DNA of 64,000 bases from Camelus dromedarius (lineage: Eukaryota), in assembly GCF_036321535.1 (NCBI RefSeq), contig NC_087436.1:27530001-27594000 (forward strand), written 5' to 3'. Of the stretch, positions 37,313 to 50,220 are shown piece by piece. Both the position numbers and the translations under genes were made by a program. The notes beneath the pieces are model-generated. The model did not search any database. It was given only the letters and a program-made list of their open reading frames with translations, and was not told the origin of the DNA. Positions within the stretch are counted from its first letter, which is position 1; every line of letters starts with the position of its first letter.

Positions 37313-40229
37313 CTAGTAATTAACAAAAATATTGTCATAGAATCTTTGTTGTCCATACAAATGAGAGAAAGCCATAACATTAAATAAATAAAATACACGA
37401 TTTCAGGAAAGAGTTGAAAATTTTCTACAAAAATTGTTTCTAAGGTTATATCACCTTAGGAACTGATTTTACTTGGAAGCATGGCTGCTTGATTAAAAGT
37501 GGATGTCATTTCTCCCACAGCAGAGCTGGTTTCTGCACGATGGACAGAAAAACATGAGGATAAGGGAAAATGCTCTATCTTTACTGTACATTAAAGCAGG
37601 TAGAAACTGAGAAAAATGAAGACTTGCAACACATTGTAAATGCCCAATATGCATCTATTTACAGAGTGTATGAATTTGGTTAAACTAGATTTTTACATGG
37701 GGCAAAAAAGGAGTGAACAGATTCATAGAAAAGATCAAGAGGAGAAAAAGAGAAGGGAGAAAGCCCTTGACAGGGAAAAAAGGTGGGGAAGTCAGAAAGG
37801 TTCAAATATTGAACAACAACAAAAAGAGAGAAGAAATCAGAAGCATTAGATAAAAGATTATGAGCTCGATTACTTACATCAGTGTGCCCACAAAATTGCT
37901 CATAAGTTTAAAAAAATGCTGTTATATTTTGGACCATTGTTTTTGTATTACACCGCTCTTCAGAAATTTAATAACTTATTATTAATCTTGCAGACATCTG
38001 CCTGGTCCTCTATTTAAGGTCTAATTTTTAATATTCCTTTGAATTTATTTTATTTGTGGCCTTTGGTACTTGACAGCTATGAATAAAAATTAAATTACAA
38101 CTCTACCTTGCGGAAAGTTCAGTGTATGTATCGGTTATTAAACTGTTTCATAGTCTTTAAAATGCTGTATCTGCTTGACTGATGCAGAATCAAATTTAGT
38201 CTACATCCAACGTTTTATTGTGATAAAAGAAGTCTTATAACAGTAGGCTTATTCAGAATTTCATGGATTTGAATTACTCCTTGGATACATATACCTACTT
38301 TTGAAGATTATGGAAATATATGTTACTGCTGTCTAAATGTACATGACTAATTGCAAGTGTACTTAGGCACAGAATTAAATAATAAAAATACATGATAAAG
38401 ATAAATGGTTATTATGGTTAAGAACAAAATAGGAAATTGCTTTAGATTACAGACTCTGGGCTAGACTGCCAACTTACTAGCTCTTTGGTTTAGTGCAAGT
38501 TAGTTTCACTCTCTGGTCCCAGTTTCCTCATCTATAAAATGGGGATAATGTTTGGAGGATTATTATTTGCAAAGTACTCTGGACAATACCTCCACATGAT
38601 AAGAAACTGCTTAACAAATTAAAAACATCATTTTGGACAGGTTTTATTGATATTTAATATTTTATAGACCACTATATATAACAATAATACTATATAGTAT
38701 AACATAATCTTCATATATTTACAGATAAAATTATTATTTGAACTAGACAGCTTACTAAGCTTCCCTTTGATATATCATGCTTCAGTGCCTTTACCATTTC
38801 CAGTTATTACAATTTTCTTCCAGTTTATCATTCAAGTTCTAATAATTCTATATTTATTTCAAATGATACCTTACAATTCTCTGATTTATTCCTTGTACTT
38901 GCTTGTAGATACATTTATACTTAACAAATTGTATCATAATTTATTTATTAGTTGATTTATATTTACCTATACATCATGACCTCCTTGAAGGTATGGACCT
39001 ACCTTAACATATGGCTTTAAAATTCTACTGTTCAATAAATACCCCCCTTACATATTATACATTCTTAAGGTACTGAAAAATGATTAATACATAACATTTA
39101 CTCTATCACTGCCTCCAACTTATGCCCAGAGACCAGACTAGTGTTTCATAAATATACACTGTACTGAGGGAAAAAGAAAAACTGTATTTCACCCTAGCTA
39201 CTTTCCAATGTGTTGCCCAGGGGAATAATTATCCCTGGTGAAATAGTGAATCTCTAGAGCTACATACTTCTCAGCACACTGAGTGGATCTCCTGTTAAAG
39301 CAGCAGATGGAACACAGGTCAAGCCTGCCTATTCAGAATACCTGTGACTTTCAGTTTGGGGTACACATTTAAACCAGGATTGGTTTTCTCCATTCTTGGC
39401 ATCATAACACATACACACAGGCCCTGGTTATCAGCAAACATGCTATTTGCTATATTTCACTTTCTGCTAATCTAGAGCAAAGATTTTCCAACTTTCTGAA
39501 CCGTAACCCACAGAAAAAAAATACATATATATATAAAATATTTAATAAAATATTTTAACTATGACAAATATCACATACATCCAAACATACACACACACAA
39601 TTGAAGCAAAAGTTCAGGAAATACAATTAACTTTGCTACCTCTGATGCACTTCATTGTTTTTCTTTTTTGTTATACTAGTTCTTATGTCTAGTCTTTCTA
39701 TTCTTTTTTATCTTTTAATTTTGACATTGTTGGTTCTGAATCATTAAAATTCATCACTCGCTAACAGGATTGCTCTTGAGATGTCATCCTATGACTAGGG
39801 TAACACTCAAAGCTCCCTGACTCCCAAAGGAAAAACTGAGTATACCACATAGTCTATATTCTAAATCAAATCATCACTACCATAGCTTCAAGTTTTGGAG
39901 AAAATCTCCCTAACAATTTTTATACAGTGCTTAAACTCCCAAGAAAGCATGAGGGTAATTTGAAATTCTTTACAGAGATTTTTTTTTTTAAGAACAGTTT
40001 TCTTTTAACTCCTGAAGCATGACAGCTTGACTTAGAATTTTTTGTTTGCATTACACTCATTCTAGCATCTTCAGTATTTTATATATTGCTTTTCAGTTAC
40101 ACGTTCTGTAGAAACTGGGAAATAAATTCTTTTCCTAAATTTTACTAGATAGGAAGTTACCTTTTTCATCTTTAAAAAGGTGCCTCAATTGTCCTTCACA
40201 CAAAAGTGAAGTGGATTGAACTCCCCTAC

Positions 40230-40595
40230 CTCTCTCCCGCCTCTCCAGTCTCCAGCTAGGCTGTTATATCAAACAAAAGTCTTCCTCCTTCTGATGACTG
40301 CATAAAGCCTGGCTGTCCCTGAGAAACTGCCAATGGAGGATGAATAGTTGAAGCTCTTTTTTAAGAAAAGATAATTTCTCCCCAGGAGAACAATGGGTCA
40401 GAGAAGTGGCTGGGCAGCAGCAGTGGCTCTGCCCCCAATTTGTCCCAGGCTGTGCTCGCTTTGACTTGCTGCTGCCTCCCTCGGACGGCGGGGATTCAGA
40501 GGCAAGCTTGCAGCGTTCCTTTCCGGTAACATCTACTGCGTATGGCAGGAACTGGTTTTTCCTGCACGCATGAGCATGTAGCATTCAGTGTCTAC
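40230..40595 (-). pseudogene. Pseudo-exon (366 nt, frameshifted), GC/CpG-richer than its surroundings
   Basis: Splice sites attaattag|GTA...GAG AG|gtaggg. 3' part reads EKLSFLKKELQLFILHWQFLRDS/(fs)PGFMQSSEGGRLLFDITA*LETGEAGE. Overlaps track ORF 40264..40584. Confidence 0.55.
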
Positions 40596-41755
40596 CTAAT
40601 TAATCTCAAACAGTTTCGCCTTTCCTGTGCTAGGAGGGAGGCGGAAAAAAGTTAAAAGTCATTTAAAAGACACGTGTACAAATTGCGCTTGTATGCGTCA
40701 AAATCACCGACAATATGGAAGCAATATTTTAGCTATTTTCCTAAAATGTACCAAGCTGATAGAAATGAAATCATTGCAAAATGTAAGTGTTCCTTTTTTA
40801 TTATATACTATTTGCCCATATAGAAATGTCTAAACTGCTATATTGACTGTTAATTCTTTACTTAATATAAAATGGCATTTATAATAAAATTCAATAAAAG
40901 TCCTGTAAAGAGAGGAAGAATTAGGCCAACAAATGTAACATATTTTATTAATGAGGTCAACATCTTATACATTTGCCAGTTTAATTGTTCTGTTTTAACT
41001 AAAAGGACTTGTAAACGAAAATAGAAGACTATCCCAAAAAGATCCTTTTTATTTTTCGGAGTTAAAATCTTAGCAAATGCTATGTTCACACTTGCCAAGT
41101 TTTCTGATTTAGAAGTTTATCTGTGATAATGATGCAGTAGTAAAATGGCTAATAGTTACATATGTTCACAAACTATGTCCAACTCCTAACTTAAGAAATT
41201 CCTAAATTGAAATGCTGATTATCCATATGAGAGCCCTTTATTTCCAATGAGTATGGAAGTAGCTAAATTCAGTTTTACTTTAATAAATTTGTATCATTTT
41301 AAAATTAGATTTTTTTCTTTTACTGCTTAATAATTCCTCTTAGGAGTATTTTATACTACATTTACCATGAATGGCATAAGTCTTAGCTCAAAATATATCT
41401 CTTTGTCATCAGCGAAAGTAAATGTTAAGTCTTAGCATAAACCAGGTAAGTTCTGCCCTGTTATCTGAGCAAAGAGGCAGTGACCTACTTTCCTTTCACG
41501 TTTTGCCTACCAGCAGTATTAAATCAAATGGAACACATTAAAACCATCACGAAAGGCAGACAATAGTTTTCCCTCTGATTGCCTGCCTCTGCCTGGTAGC
41601 AGTGTGAAAGTTACAAAAGTCATTTGTATCAACTCATTACCATGTCACCTCATTTCATGCCCCTGCTGGATAAGTGGCAATAAGCTCTGTGTTAGCAAAT
41701 TCCACATTGTCACCATTAGAACAAATCCTAATAGCACCCAGCTGTCGAAGATTAC

Positions 41756-41831
41756 CCTAGACAGTTATTGAGATTTAGGAGGGGCAGCTTGCTACTGATT
41801 CAGAACGTATTCTTTAGACTGTTCTATCATC
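41756..41831 (-). pseudogene. Pseudo-exon (76 nt, phase 2 to 0)
   Basis: Splice sites tttctccattctag|G...AGG|gtaatc. Translation MIEQSKEYVLNQ*QAAPPKSQ*LSR; phase 0 matches exon 40595. Confidence 0.45.
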
Positions 41832-43699
41832 CTAGAATGGAGAAATAAAGCTAATTTTATGAAGAGTACTCATGAATTATTTTCTTCGTGTAGGATATGA
41901 TAATGCTCCCAGTAGAGTGTTCCTCTTGCACTTTAATTCAAGGTAATGATGTTGTTGCGTCTTATGTAGGCACTTCAAATGCAGTTTAATGCCAAACCAC
42001 TGCCAAAACCCCTGTGTGAATTCTTAGGACATTAAATTAATGGAAAAACTTGACGTGAAATGAATTCTTTGAGGCATTAAAAGTTTTCTCTCTACTTTCA
42101 GTATGACAATGAACACAGAATTAGTCCTCTGAAATCATAAGGAAACCTTTACTTCACAAACACATCTGTGCTCTGAGAGGTGAGTGAGATAGAAACATTA
42201 CATAAGTGTATTTCTACAGGACCTTTATAACATATCTGAGAGCTGCTCTTCCAGATAAAGACTTTCAGCACTCTTTTTAATCTGTCCAGGGTGCCGACAC
42301 TTTATGACAAACATAACTACTGTTTTAGGATGTATTTTTACAGCAGAGCACTCATTTTACTGCATTAATGATTAAAGAGCTTATAATTATTTATCCTACT
42401 TACTACATAGCAGTTTTTTTTAAATCATTTATTAAGTTGGCAAGAGAAAACTAAAGAAAACAAACAGATAATTAAACTTGTCTTCAGGTTTACTTTCTGC
42501 TAAGTCGCTGTTCATATCATACATAAGCACACAAATGCTCTATTTGCTTGTGTAGTGCCTGAAACTTACAAGGGGGGTGAGCTATGAAGTTAGGTGTCAT
42601 TTGTACTGTGGTTTTCTGTTAGGAGTATCCAAATGCTGCCTATAATAGTCAGGTAAGATCTGCCCTTTCCAGGTGTTTATAAGAGTAATGGTTAGGGTTA
42701 AGTAAAACTTTTAGGAAGCAGAAAGAAAGGGGAGCGGGTGAGAGAGAGAGAGAGAACACAGGCAAGAGCTAGTGGGAGAGGGAATGTAGCCACAGGCACT
42801 CATGTTCGGGAAATAGTGCATATGCGCTTGTGTGCTTGTGTGTTTGCATTTGTATAAAGAGAGAGAGAGGGATTGAGAAAGAGTGAGTAGATGCTGCAAT
42901 CTGCTGAATATGTCTTTGTCCATTAAAGTTAGTATCTGTGAGAAGTCCTGGCCTTTTGGAAATGTCTTCCAAGGAATCCCCTCTGCTTTTATGGAGATAA
43001 AGTCACTTGATCATTTTCTACATCTGAAAACTTGAGATAAAAATAAAACTTACATCACGGAGGTTTTGTGATGATTACATAACACAATAAAAACTTAATA
43101 AAATTAGCTCATTTAAGAATATTATATAAAAGTTTTTATAATTTTAACTCTGAATGGAAGAAATTCTACATTTAATTATGGGTAATTTCTGACTATATTA
43201 CTTCTCCTCTCTATTGATGCTTATGTATTTGCAAGTCAGTCTGCATTGAATTAATTGTAATGTTCAATTGTATGAAATACCCAATTTGGCTCTTTAGATG
43301 CTTGCTTTTTAGAGAAGTGAATGCTTCTATATAGCACTGGAATGACTGATGACCTTAAATTTGTATATGCATCTATGATTTTTATTAAAAAAACAAGAGC
43401 CAGGCTGGTAAATGTATGAATCAAATTTGAAGTTAAGGCAGAACGATTTAGGCAGGTGCATTTTAGTAATCAAATTGGAGACCTATAACACAGAATGTTT
43501 TCTGAAAAGTAGATATTTAAATGAGAAAACCACTCTCTATCCAATCACTTAATACAAAATATAATACATACTAATTATGTGTGAGGTGTAGAAAATGAGG
43601 GAGGGGCAGGATTGTTAGAAATTCATGGAATTCCGTCTCTCCACCATGAATTTACGTAAGACTCTGTCTACTGAAAATTCAACTATGAAAATCAATCAC

Positions 43700-43767
43700 C
43701 TGTTCATATCAGAATATAATCAGTCAAAATTTCAAAAATTGACTTTGGTTTCAGGCCAGAATAAGTT
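43700..43767 (-). pseudogene. Pseudo-exon (phase 2 start; 3' boundary 43700 or 43656)
   Basis: Acceptor tttttgccacag|A, then TYSGLKPKSIFEILTDYILI*T. Phase agrees with the preceding donor across an ~85-nt intron. Confidence 0.45.
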
Positions 43768-43852
43768 CTGTGGCAAAAATTAAACTCTCATATTCCAAGT
43801 TCATTTTTATAAACTTACTATTATAATTTGATGACTTCTTATTACAATTTAC

Positions 43853-44246
43853 CTATAGACAAAATCATCCACTTTCCACAGAATCTGTCTTTGTATTTCT
43901 TTAATGTTAAGCAATAAAATGTCTGTGAGCATAATTATGTATCTATATTTCAGAAAGAAAGATCCAACATTTGTGGGCTTACTAATCAGAGATTGGAGAC
44001 ATTTATCCTATTGGTGAATTCTACAACTGAATTTCAACTTGTTAAAATTTCTGATAAGCAACTGTGAATCTGTGCATCAATCTATGGATATACTTTTCCA
44101 TCTAAAATCTCCACCATACATTAGCAAACTTCTGCTTTGTGGAAATTTGACTCACTATTGCAAATTTTTGCTTGATCTTTTCCCTTAGTCAGTTCAACAC
44201 AAAAGTATTACGATGGCACTTTGTAACAGGCATTAACAAATTTGTC
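43853..44246 (-). pseudogene. Pseudo-exon (~394 nt, internal frameshift) completing an RGS-like domain
   Basis: Starts DKFVNACYKVPS*YF after a degenerate acceptor (cccatat) and ends DILLLNIKEIQRQILWKVDDFVY-AG|gtaaat (compare RGS C-terminal AQ.+I+.LME.DSY.RF). Confidence 0.5.
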
Positions 44247-44651
44247 ATATGGGAAAAACACATTTTCATAAAAGTGCATGTGTATATACACACAAAGATT
44301 ATGCATCTGCATATCTATTTCAAGAACAATAGAGAAATAGTTTGTTGACGTCTTTGTTAAACCTACTTTTTAATAGCCAACAGTGGAAAGGTAGAGTCAG
44401 CACTCTTTAAAAGTCTTTAAAAATACTGCTACTACTATTAAACACTTTTAAAACATTTAAAACCTTGCTGTCTTGGACTATGAAAAATCACAAAAATAAG
44501 AATATTTCTATAGTCAGTTATTCTTCTTTCTACTGAATAATAAAAATATAATTGCATTCTATAGAGAATGGCTATATCCTTTATGACCTGTAGTCCAACA
44601 GAATCCTAAAACAAGGGTCTTTCTTTGAAAAAAAAATTATTTTTCTATCTA

Positions 44652-44935
44652 TCACAGTCATAGAAACAAACTTATGATTACCAGTGGGGGAAGAAGGGGG
44701 GAAGGACTGGGAAAGGATAAACTGGGAATTTGAGATTTGCAGATACTAATATATATAAAATAGATAAACAACAAGTTCATACTGTAACATACCGGGAACT
44801 ATAATCAATATCTTGTAGTAACTTATGGTGAAACAGAATATGAAAATGAACACATGTATCTTCATGTATGACTGAAGCACTATGCTGTACACCAGAAATT
44901 GACACATCATTGTAAACTGACTATAATTTAATAAA
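44652..44935 (+). mobile_element. Short L1 3'UTR insertion
   Basis: aaacttatgattacc...gggaact...ccagaaattgacaca...gtaaactgactata. Confidence 0.9.
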
Positions 44936-45347
44936 ATATTTTAGAAATTATTTTATTTATAAAAAATTTAAAAATTTTAGTGGTTAACTCTTAGTTCTAT
45001 TTCTGCAGTGATTTCTATTAAACATGAATAATTTATAGTTCATCTTGAAGAATGCACATTAATAAGAACTCTAATTTTTTCTATCTTTATTTCTGTGTTG
45101 CAACTAACATACAAAACAGGAACTGGGGTTCAACCATAGTATCATCTTTTCCTCACATGATGAAAAGTGAAATATATATTAATCATGGTCTGAAGAGTAT
45201 GTCAAGAATATATATGTCAGTTTTTAATGTAATTTAAAGTAGAGTTCTACAGCCATAGCAGAGATCTGTCATGGTATTTTTTTTTTTCTTTTTCCTTTTT
45301 CTTTTTTTTTCTTTCATTTCTTTTTTTATTTTAATAGCATTCTTGAC

Positions 45348-45613
45348 TATATTTATATCCAAAGGACAGGTTTTCTTGTAGGCCTCACTACAAATATGGC
45401 ATTAATAAATGATTTCCTCATGCATGCATCCTGTCATAAATATTACAAACAAATTTAATGAGAATTCACATAGCTGCCAAGCTCAGGAAAGGGCAATTTA
45501 AAACCATATTTTGCAACTGGTATCTCTGACTACTTGTGAAAATAGAAGGCCAAACAACTCTTGGTCAACAATGAACTGTCGTAGGATCAGATAGTTTAAA
45601 AGTTATTCCAAAG
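45348..45613 (-). pseudogene. Pseudo-exon (266 nt, phase 1 to 0) containing the clearest RGS core motif
   Basis: Acceptor tttgtgtttctag|CT. One frame reads ...CEFSLNLFVIFMTGCMHEEIIY*CHICSEAYKKTCPLDINI (compare RGS consensus [26 protein letters not shown]). Donor is degenerate (gtcaag). Confidence 0.65.
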
Positions 45614-45947
45614 CTAGAAACACAAAGAGTTCTGAGAAAAGAAGTTAGGCAGGGAGAGGAATAGGGGTTGTGATTATATGATTATATAAACTCATATGGT
45701 GACTGTAAGAAAAGATATCAATTATTTGGGAAGCCTGTTTTTTTGTTGTTTTTTTTTTTTACTTTGTATATAGATAGGTTGTCAATAATGCCTGTTCATA
45801 TAAAAATGGAAGTACCATTTCTTCCTTTTTCCAAATTCTCACTTTTGAAGAAAATGCTCCAACCACTTCAGAAAATAACCATGAGCTATTGAGCTTCCAT
45901 ACTATTATTAGCAACTTTATCATGTAATAGGTATAAAGAAAAATTTA

Positions 45948-47392
45948 AGAAATAAACCCACAGACTTTTGGTCAATTAATCTTTGACTAAGGAGGCAAGA
46001 ATATACAATGGAATAAAGACAGTCTCTTCAGCAAATAGTGTTGGGATAACTGGATAGCAGCATGTAAATCAATGAAGTTAGAATACTCTCTCACATCATA
46101 CACAAAAATAAACTCAAAATGGCTTAAAGACTTAAATATAAGATAAGACACTATAAACCTCTTAGAAGAAAACATAGGCAAAACATTATCTGACATAAAT
46201 CTTAGCAATGTTTTCCTAGGGCAGTTTATCAAAGCAATAGAAATAAAAGCAAAAATTAACAAATGGGACCTAATTAAACTTACAAGCTTTTTATATCAAA
46301 GGAAATCATAAGCAAAACACAAAGACAACCTATAGAACGGGAGAAAATATTGCAAAAGATGAGACTGACAAGGGCTTAATTTCCAGAATATGTAAACAGC
46401 TCATACAACTTAATAATAATGATATAAAAAACTCAATGAAAAATGGGCAGAGGACCTAAACAAGCAATTCTCCAATAAAGACATATTAATGGCCAATATA
46501 AATGGCCACATGAAAAAATGCTCAGTATCACTAATGATCAGAGAAATGAAAATCAAAACTACAATGAGGTGTCAAACACCAGTCAGAATGTCCATCATTC
46601 AAAAGTCCACAAACAATAAATGCTGGAAAGAGTGTGGAGAAAAGGGAACCCTCCTACACTGTTGATGGGAATGTAATTTGGTGCAGCCATTATGGAAAAC
46701 AGTATGGAGATTCCTCAAAAGACTAAAAATAAACTTACCATATGATCCAGCAATCCCACTCCCAGGCATACATCCAGAGGGAACTTTAATTCAAAAAGAT
46801 ACATGAACCCTAATGTTCATATCAGCACTATTTACAATACCCAAGACATGAAAAACCCTAAATGTCCAGCGACAGATGACTGAATAAAGCAGTTGTGGTA
46901 CACTTATACAACAGAATACTACTCAGTCATAAAGAATAAAAACAATGTCATTTGCAACAACATGGATGGACCTGGAGATTGGGAGATTGTCATTCTAACT
47001 GAAGTAAGCCAGAAAACAGAAAGAAAAATATCATATGGTATCATTTACATATGGAAGCTTAAAAAAAAAAAAAGACAAATGAACTTACTTACAAAACAGA
47101 AACAGAATTACAGACACAGAAAACAAACTTATGGTTATCAGTAGGAGAAGGGAATGGGAAGGAATAAATTGGGAGTTCAAGATCTGCAGGTACAAACTAC
47201 TACATATAAAATAGATAAACCATAAGTTTCTTCTGTATAGCATAGGGAACTATATTCAATATCTTGCAATAACCTATGATGAAAAGGAATATGAAAACGA
47301 ATATATGTATGTATATATGAGTGAACTATTATGCTGTACACCAGAAATTAACACAACATTGTAAACTGACTATACTTCAATTAAAAAAAAAA
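45948..47392 (+). mobile_element. 5'-truncated L1 (ORF2 C-terminus, 3'UTR, polyA)
   Basis: Same family as the 35238 copy; ends gactatacttcaattaaaaaaaaaa. Confidence 0.95.
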
Positions 47393-47699
47393 GAAGTGAC
47401 AGACATCTAGCTTCCCAGGTAGTGAGATTCAAAATAGGCAACCTATCACTAGACACGCTGAAGTATATGCTACACTTTAAAATACCTGTTAAGAGTAGAA
47501 CTTCATCTTTATCGTCTCTGAGGAGTCAAACTTCATACTCAATATCAGACGTACACATTTCATCACTTATTTCTTCATCATTTTTGAATGCTGAATGCCT
47601 AAGCTTAATCTTATGTTAGATTTGCTCTTTGCTTAGATCAAGCAGAACTGGCACAAGTGAGCATCAGCAGTATACCAAATATTATGTTAAAACAATTAT

Positions 47700-49340
47700 A
47701 TACACACACATATATATCACTTTGGGTTGTGGTTATGGATAAAGTGGATGTTTTAAAAATATTTAAGAAGTAAAATCAAAAGCAATTTGGGGCTTTATTT
47801 GACATGAAATTTGAGATAGATATGACGGATCAATCTCAGTTTGCATAACTGGGTGAATGGTGGTAATTTTGATTTAAATAGGAAACACTGGAAGACACTT
47901 GAAAGCCATTTAAGTACAAGTGGTAAACTAAATATCAGGTAAGAAAGTAGATCCTAGATAGTGAGAAAAGAAGGAAAAGATGGGAGAATCTAGGATGCAT
48001 CCTTGTAGAAGAATTAACATTTAATTTCGGAATAAGGGAGCATACACTTTTAAAAGAGACTCCCAAACCTGCCAGAGAGGTAAGCAGAAAAAAAAAAATC
48101 AAGAAACACAAAGTAAAGGAAGGAACTGTTTCAAGGAGGGATTTTTATAAAGAAATTCAGGGCTTTTAAGAGATCATTTAAAATCAGAAAAGAAATATAA
48201 AGTTTAGAGGAAGGGAGGCAATGATTCTCTTGCAGTGGAACTGTGTTCTTGGTGGAATAGGGCAGTAGACATAGCCATGTGGACTGAAGACTGAATTGTG
48301 ACATTTGGGTAGTGAGTGATGAAAACTGTTTTGTGAACTTTTTTTGGTAACAGAGTGTACGTATGGTAATTAGAAGATACAGGATGGTCAGGTCTCGTGT
48401 CTGTATTTGTTTTAATGTTATATTTTTATGTTTGTTCTCTGAAGAGGAAATATTGGAGCCTATTTACTGCTTTATAACCAGCCACCTCAAAATGAGGTAG
48501 CTTAAGACAGTGATAATTTATTTTTCATGTTTCTGTGGGTCTTAATTTGGGCAGGACTTGGCTGAGTGATTTATGTGCTCCACATGACATATCAATGGGC
48601 ATTCAGAACTATACACAGCTGGTAGTTGAGCCAGTAGGAAGGTCCAAGAAGGCTGGACCTCACACACCTGGTGCCTTAGTACCTCTATCTCACCAAGGGG
48701 TTTAACTTAGGTCCTCTTATAGCTTAGCAGCTGAATTCCAAGAGTTTTCTAAAAGAAGAAGCCCTAATGTACAAGTGCTTATCAAACTTTTGCTTGTCGC
48801 ATATTTGCTAATGTACCATTGACCAAAGCAAATCCTGTGCCCAAGCCAAAGCTGATGAGAAAGAGGATTATACAAGGGTGTGCTTTCTGGAGACATAAAA
48901 TTCACTTTGAGGCCACTGACTTAATAGCCTCAGTGTTTCAAAGCCAATACAAATGAACTGAGAGAGTTGTCCATTTTTCAACATTTCAGAAAATGCAGGA
49001 AGGTTTGGGTGGATTGGAATTAGGAGGCAAAGCTTCTCTGGTGTATCAGGAAGGAAGTGGGTGGAAGTGGATGGAGAAGTATAGGCAGGCTTGTATCTTT
49101 AATCCTGGGAGACACTATCACTAGATGGTTTCAATTTTCTCTCTAAATATGAGGCACAGTTGTTAGCTATGTGTTGGGGGAAGGAAAAGAGGCTGGACAT
49201 TTCAGAAGGGAAAGGGCTTAAAAGGTCATGAAAATTAAAGGGAGTGAGTTGAAAGGAGATACATAGCTGGGTTGTCAGACAATGTTTAAGAATGAGAGGT
49301 TGGTGATCAGACTTTTGAGCATTGTCAGCCTTTTTGTATG
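47700..49340 (-). mobile_element. L2 fragments interrupted by an MLT1 LTR (~48455-48930, minus strand)
   Basis: L2 motifs (ataactgggtgaatggtgg, gtttcaaggaggg); MLT1 reverse motifs (gcttaagaca...tttctgtgggtc...aatttgggcagg, cattgaccaaagcaa). Confidence 0.65.
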
Positions 49341-49767
49341 AATCAGTGTATTTGGCTATGAAATTTTACTAATAATGAACTAAAGGTAATTAAGACAAAA
49401 TGAAAAAAAATTGAGAAAATAAATGAAGAAATATTTGAAGAAAGTATTATCCTTTCGAATGTATAAAAAATACCTTAACATTTGTTCTAGGTGTTAACAT
49501 GTTACAATTCTTTACTATTAAACTCTCACAACTTTTTAGTCAAATGGAAATATTATCTCAGTCATTATTCCTTTGAAAACTATGTAAGTTTAAAAAGCTA
49601 AATCTTTAAACTGTTCTTAGAAACAAAGAACAGTACATATATGTAAGTTTTAAAAAATACGTGCAGTATATTATATAGATACGTATTTACATGCAATATA
49701 TTGTATATATGCAGGCAAATTGTATCAATTTTATCTAATAAAACTGAAAACTGATTTTAAAGCACAA

Positions 49768-50220
49768 AGCATCATAAAAGACTACTGTGAACAATTACAC
49801 ATCAACAAATTGGACAACCAAGAAGAAATGGACAAATTTCTATAAACACACAACCTACTAAGACTGAATCATGAAGAAACAGAAAATCTGAACAGACTGC
49901 AAGTAAGGAGACTGAATCCATAATTAAAAACTTCCCAAGAAACAAAAGTCCAGGACCAAATGGCTTCATTGGTGAATTCTACCAAACATTCAAAGAATTA
50001 ATACTAATCCTTCTCAAACTCCTCCGAAAAACAGAAGAGAAGGGAACATTTTCAAACTCATTTTATGAGGCCAGCATCACTAATACCAAAACCAGACAAG
50101 GATGCCGCAAGGAAAGAAAATTACAGTTCAATATTCCTAATGAACGTAGATGCAAAAATCCTTAACAAAATATTAGCAAACCAAATTCAGCAATACATTA
50201 AAAGGATCATACACCATGAA
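49768..50220 (+). mobile_element. Internal L1 ORF2 (pre-RT/RT) fragment without a 3' end
   Basis: Encodes NKLDNQEEMDKFL...KSPGPNGFIGEFYQTFK...LIPKPDKD...[27 protein letters not shown]. Confidence 0.9.
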
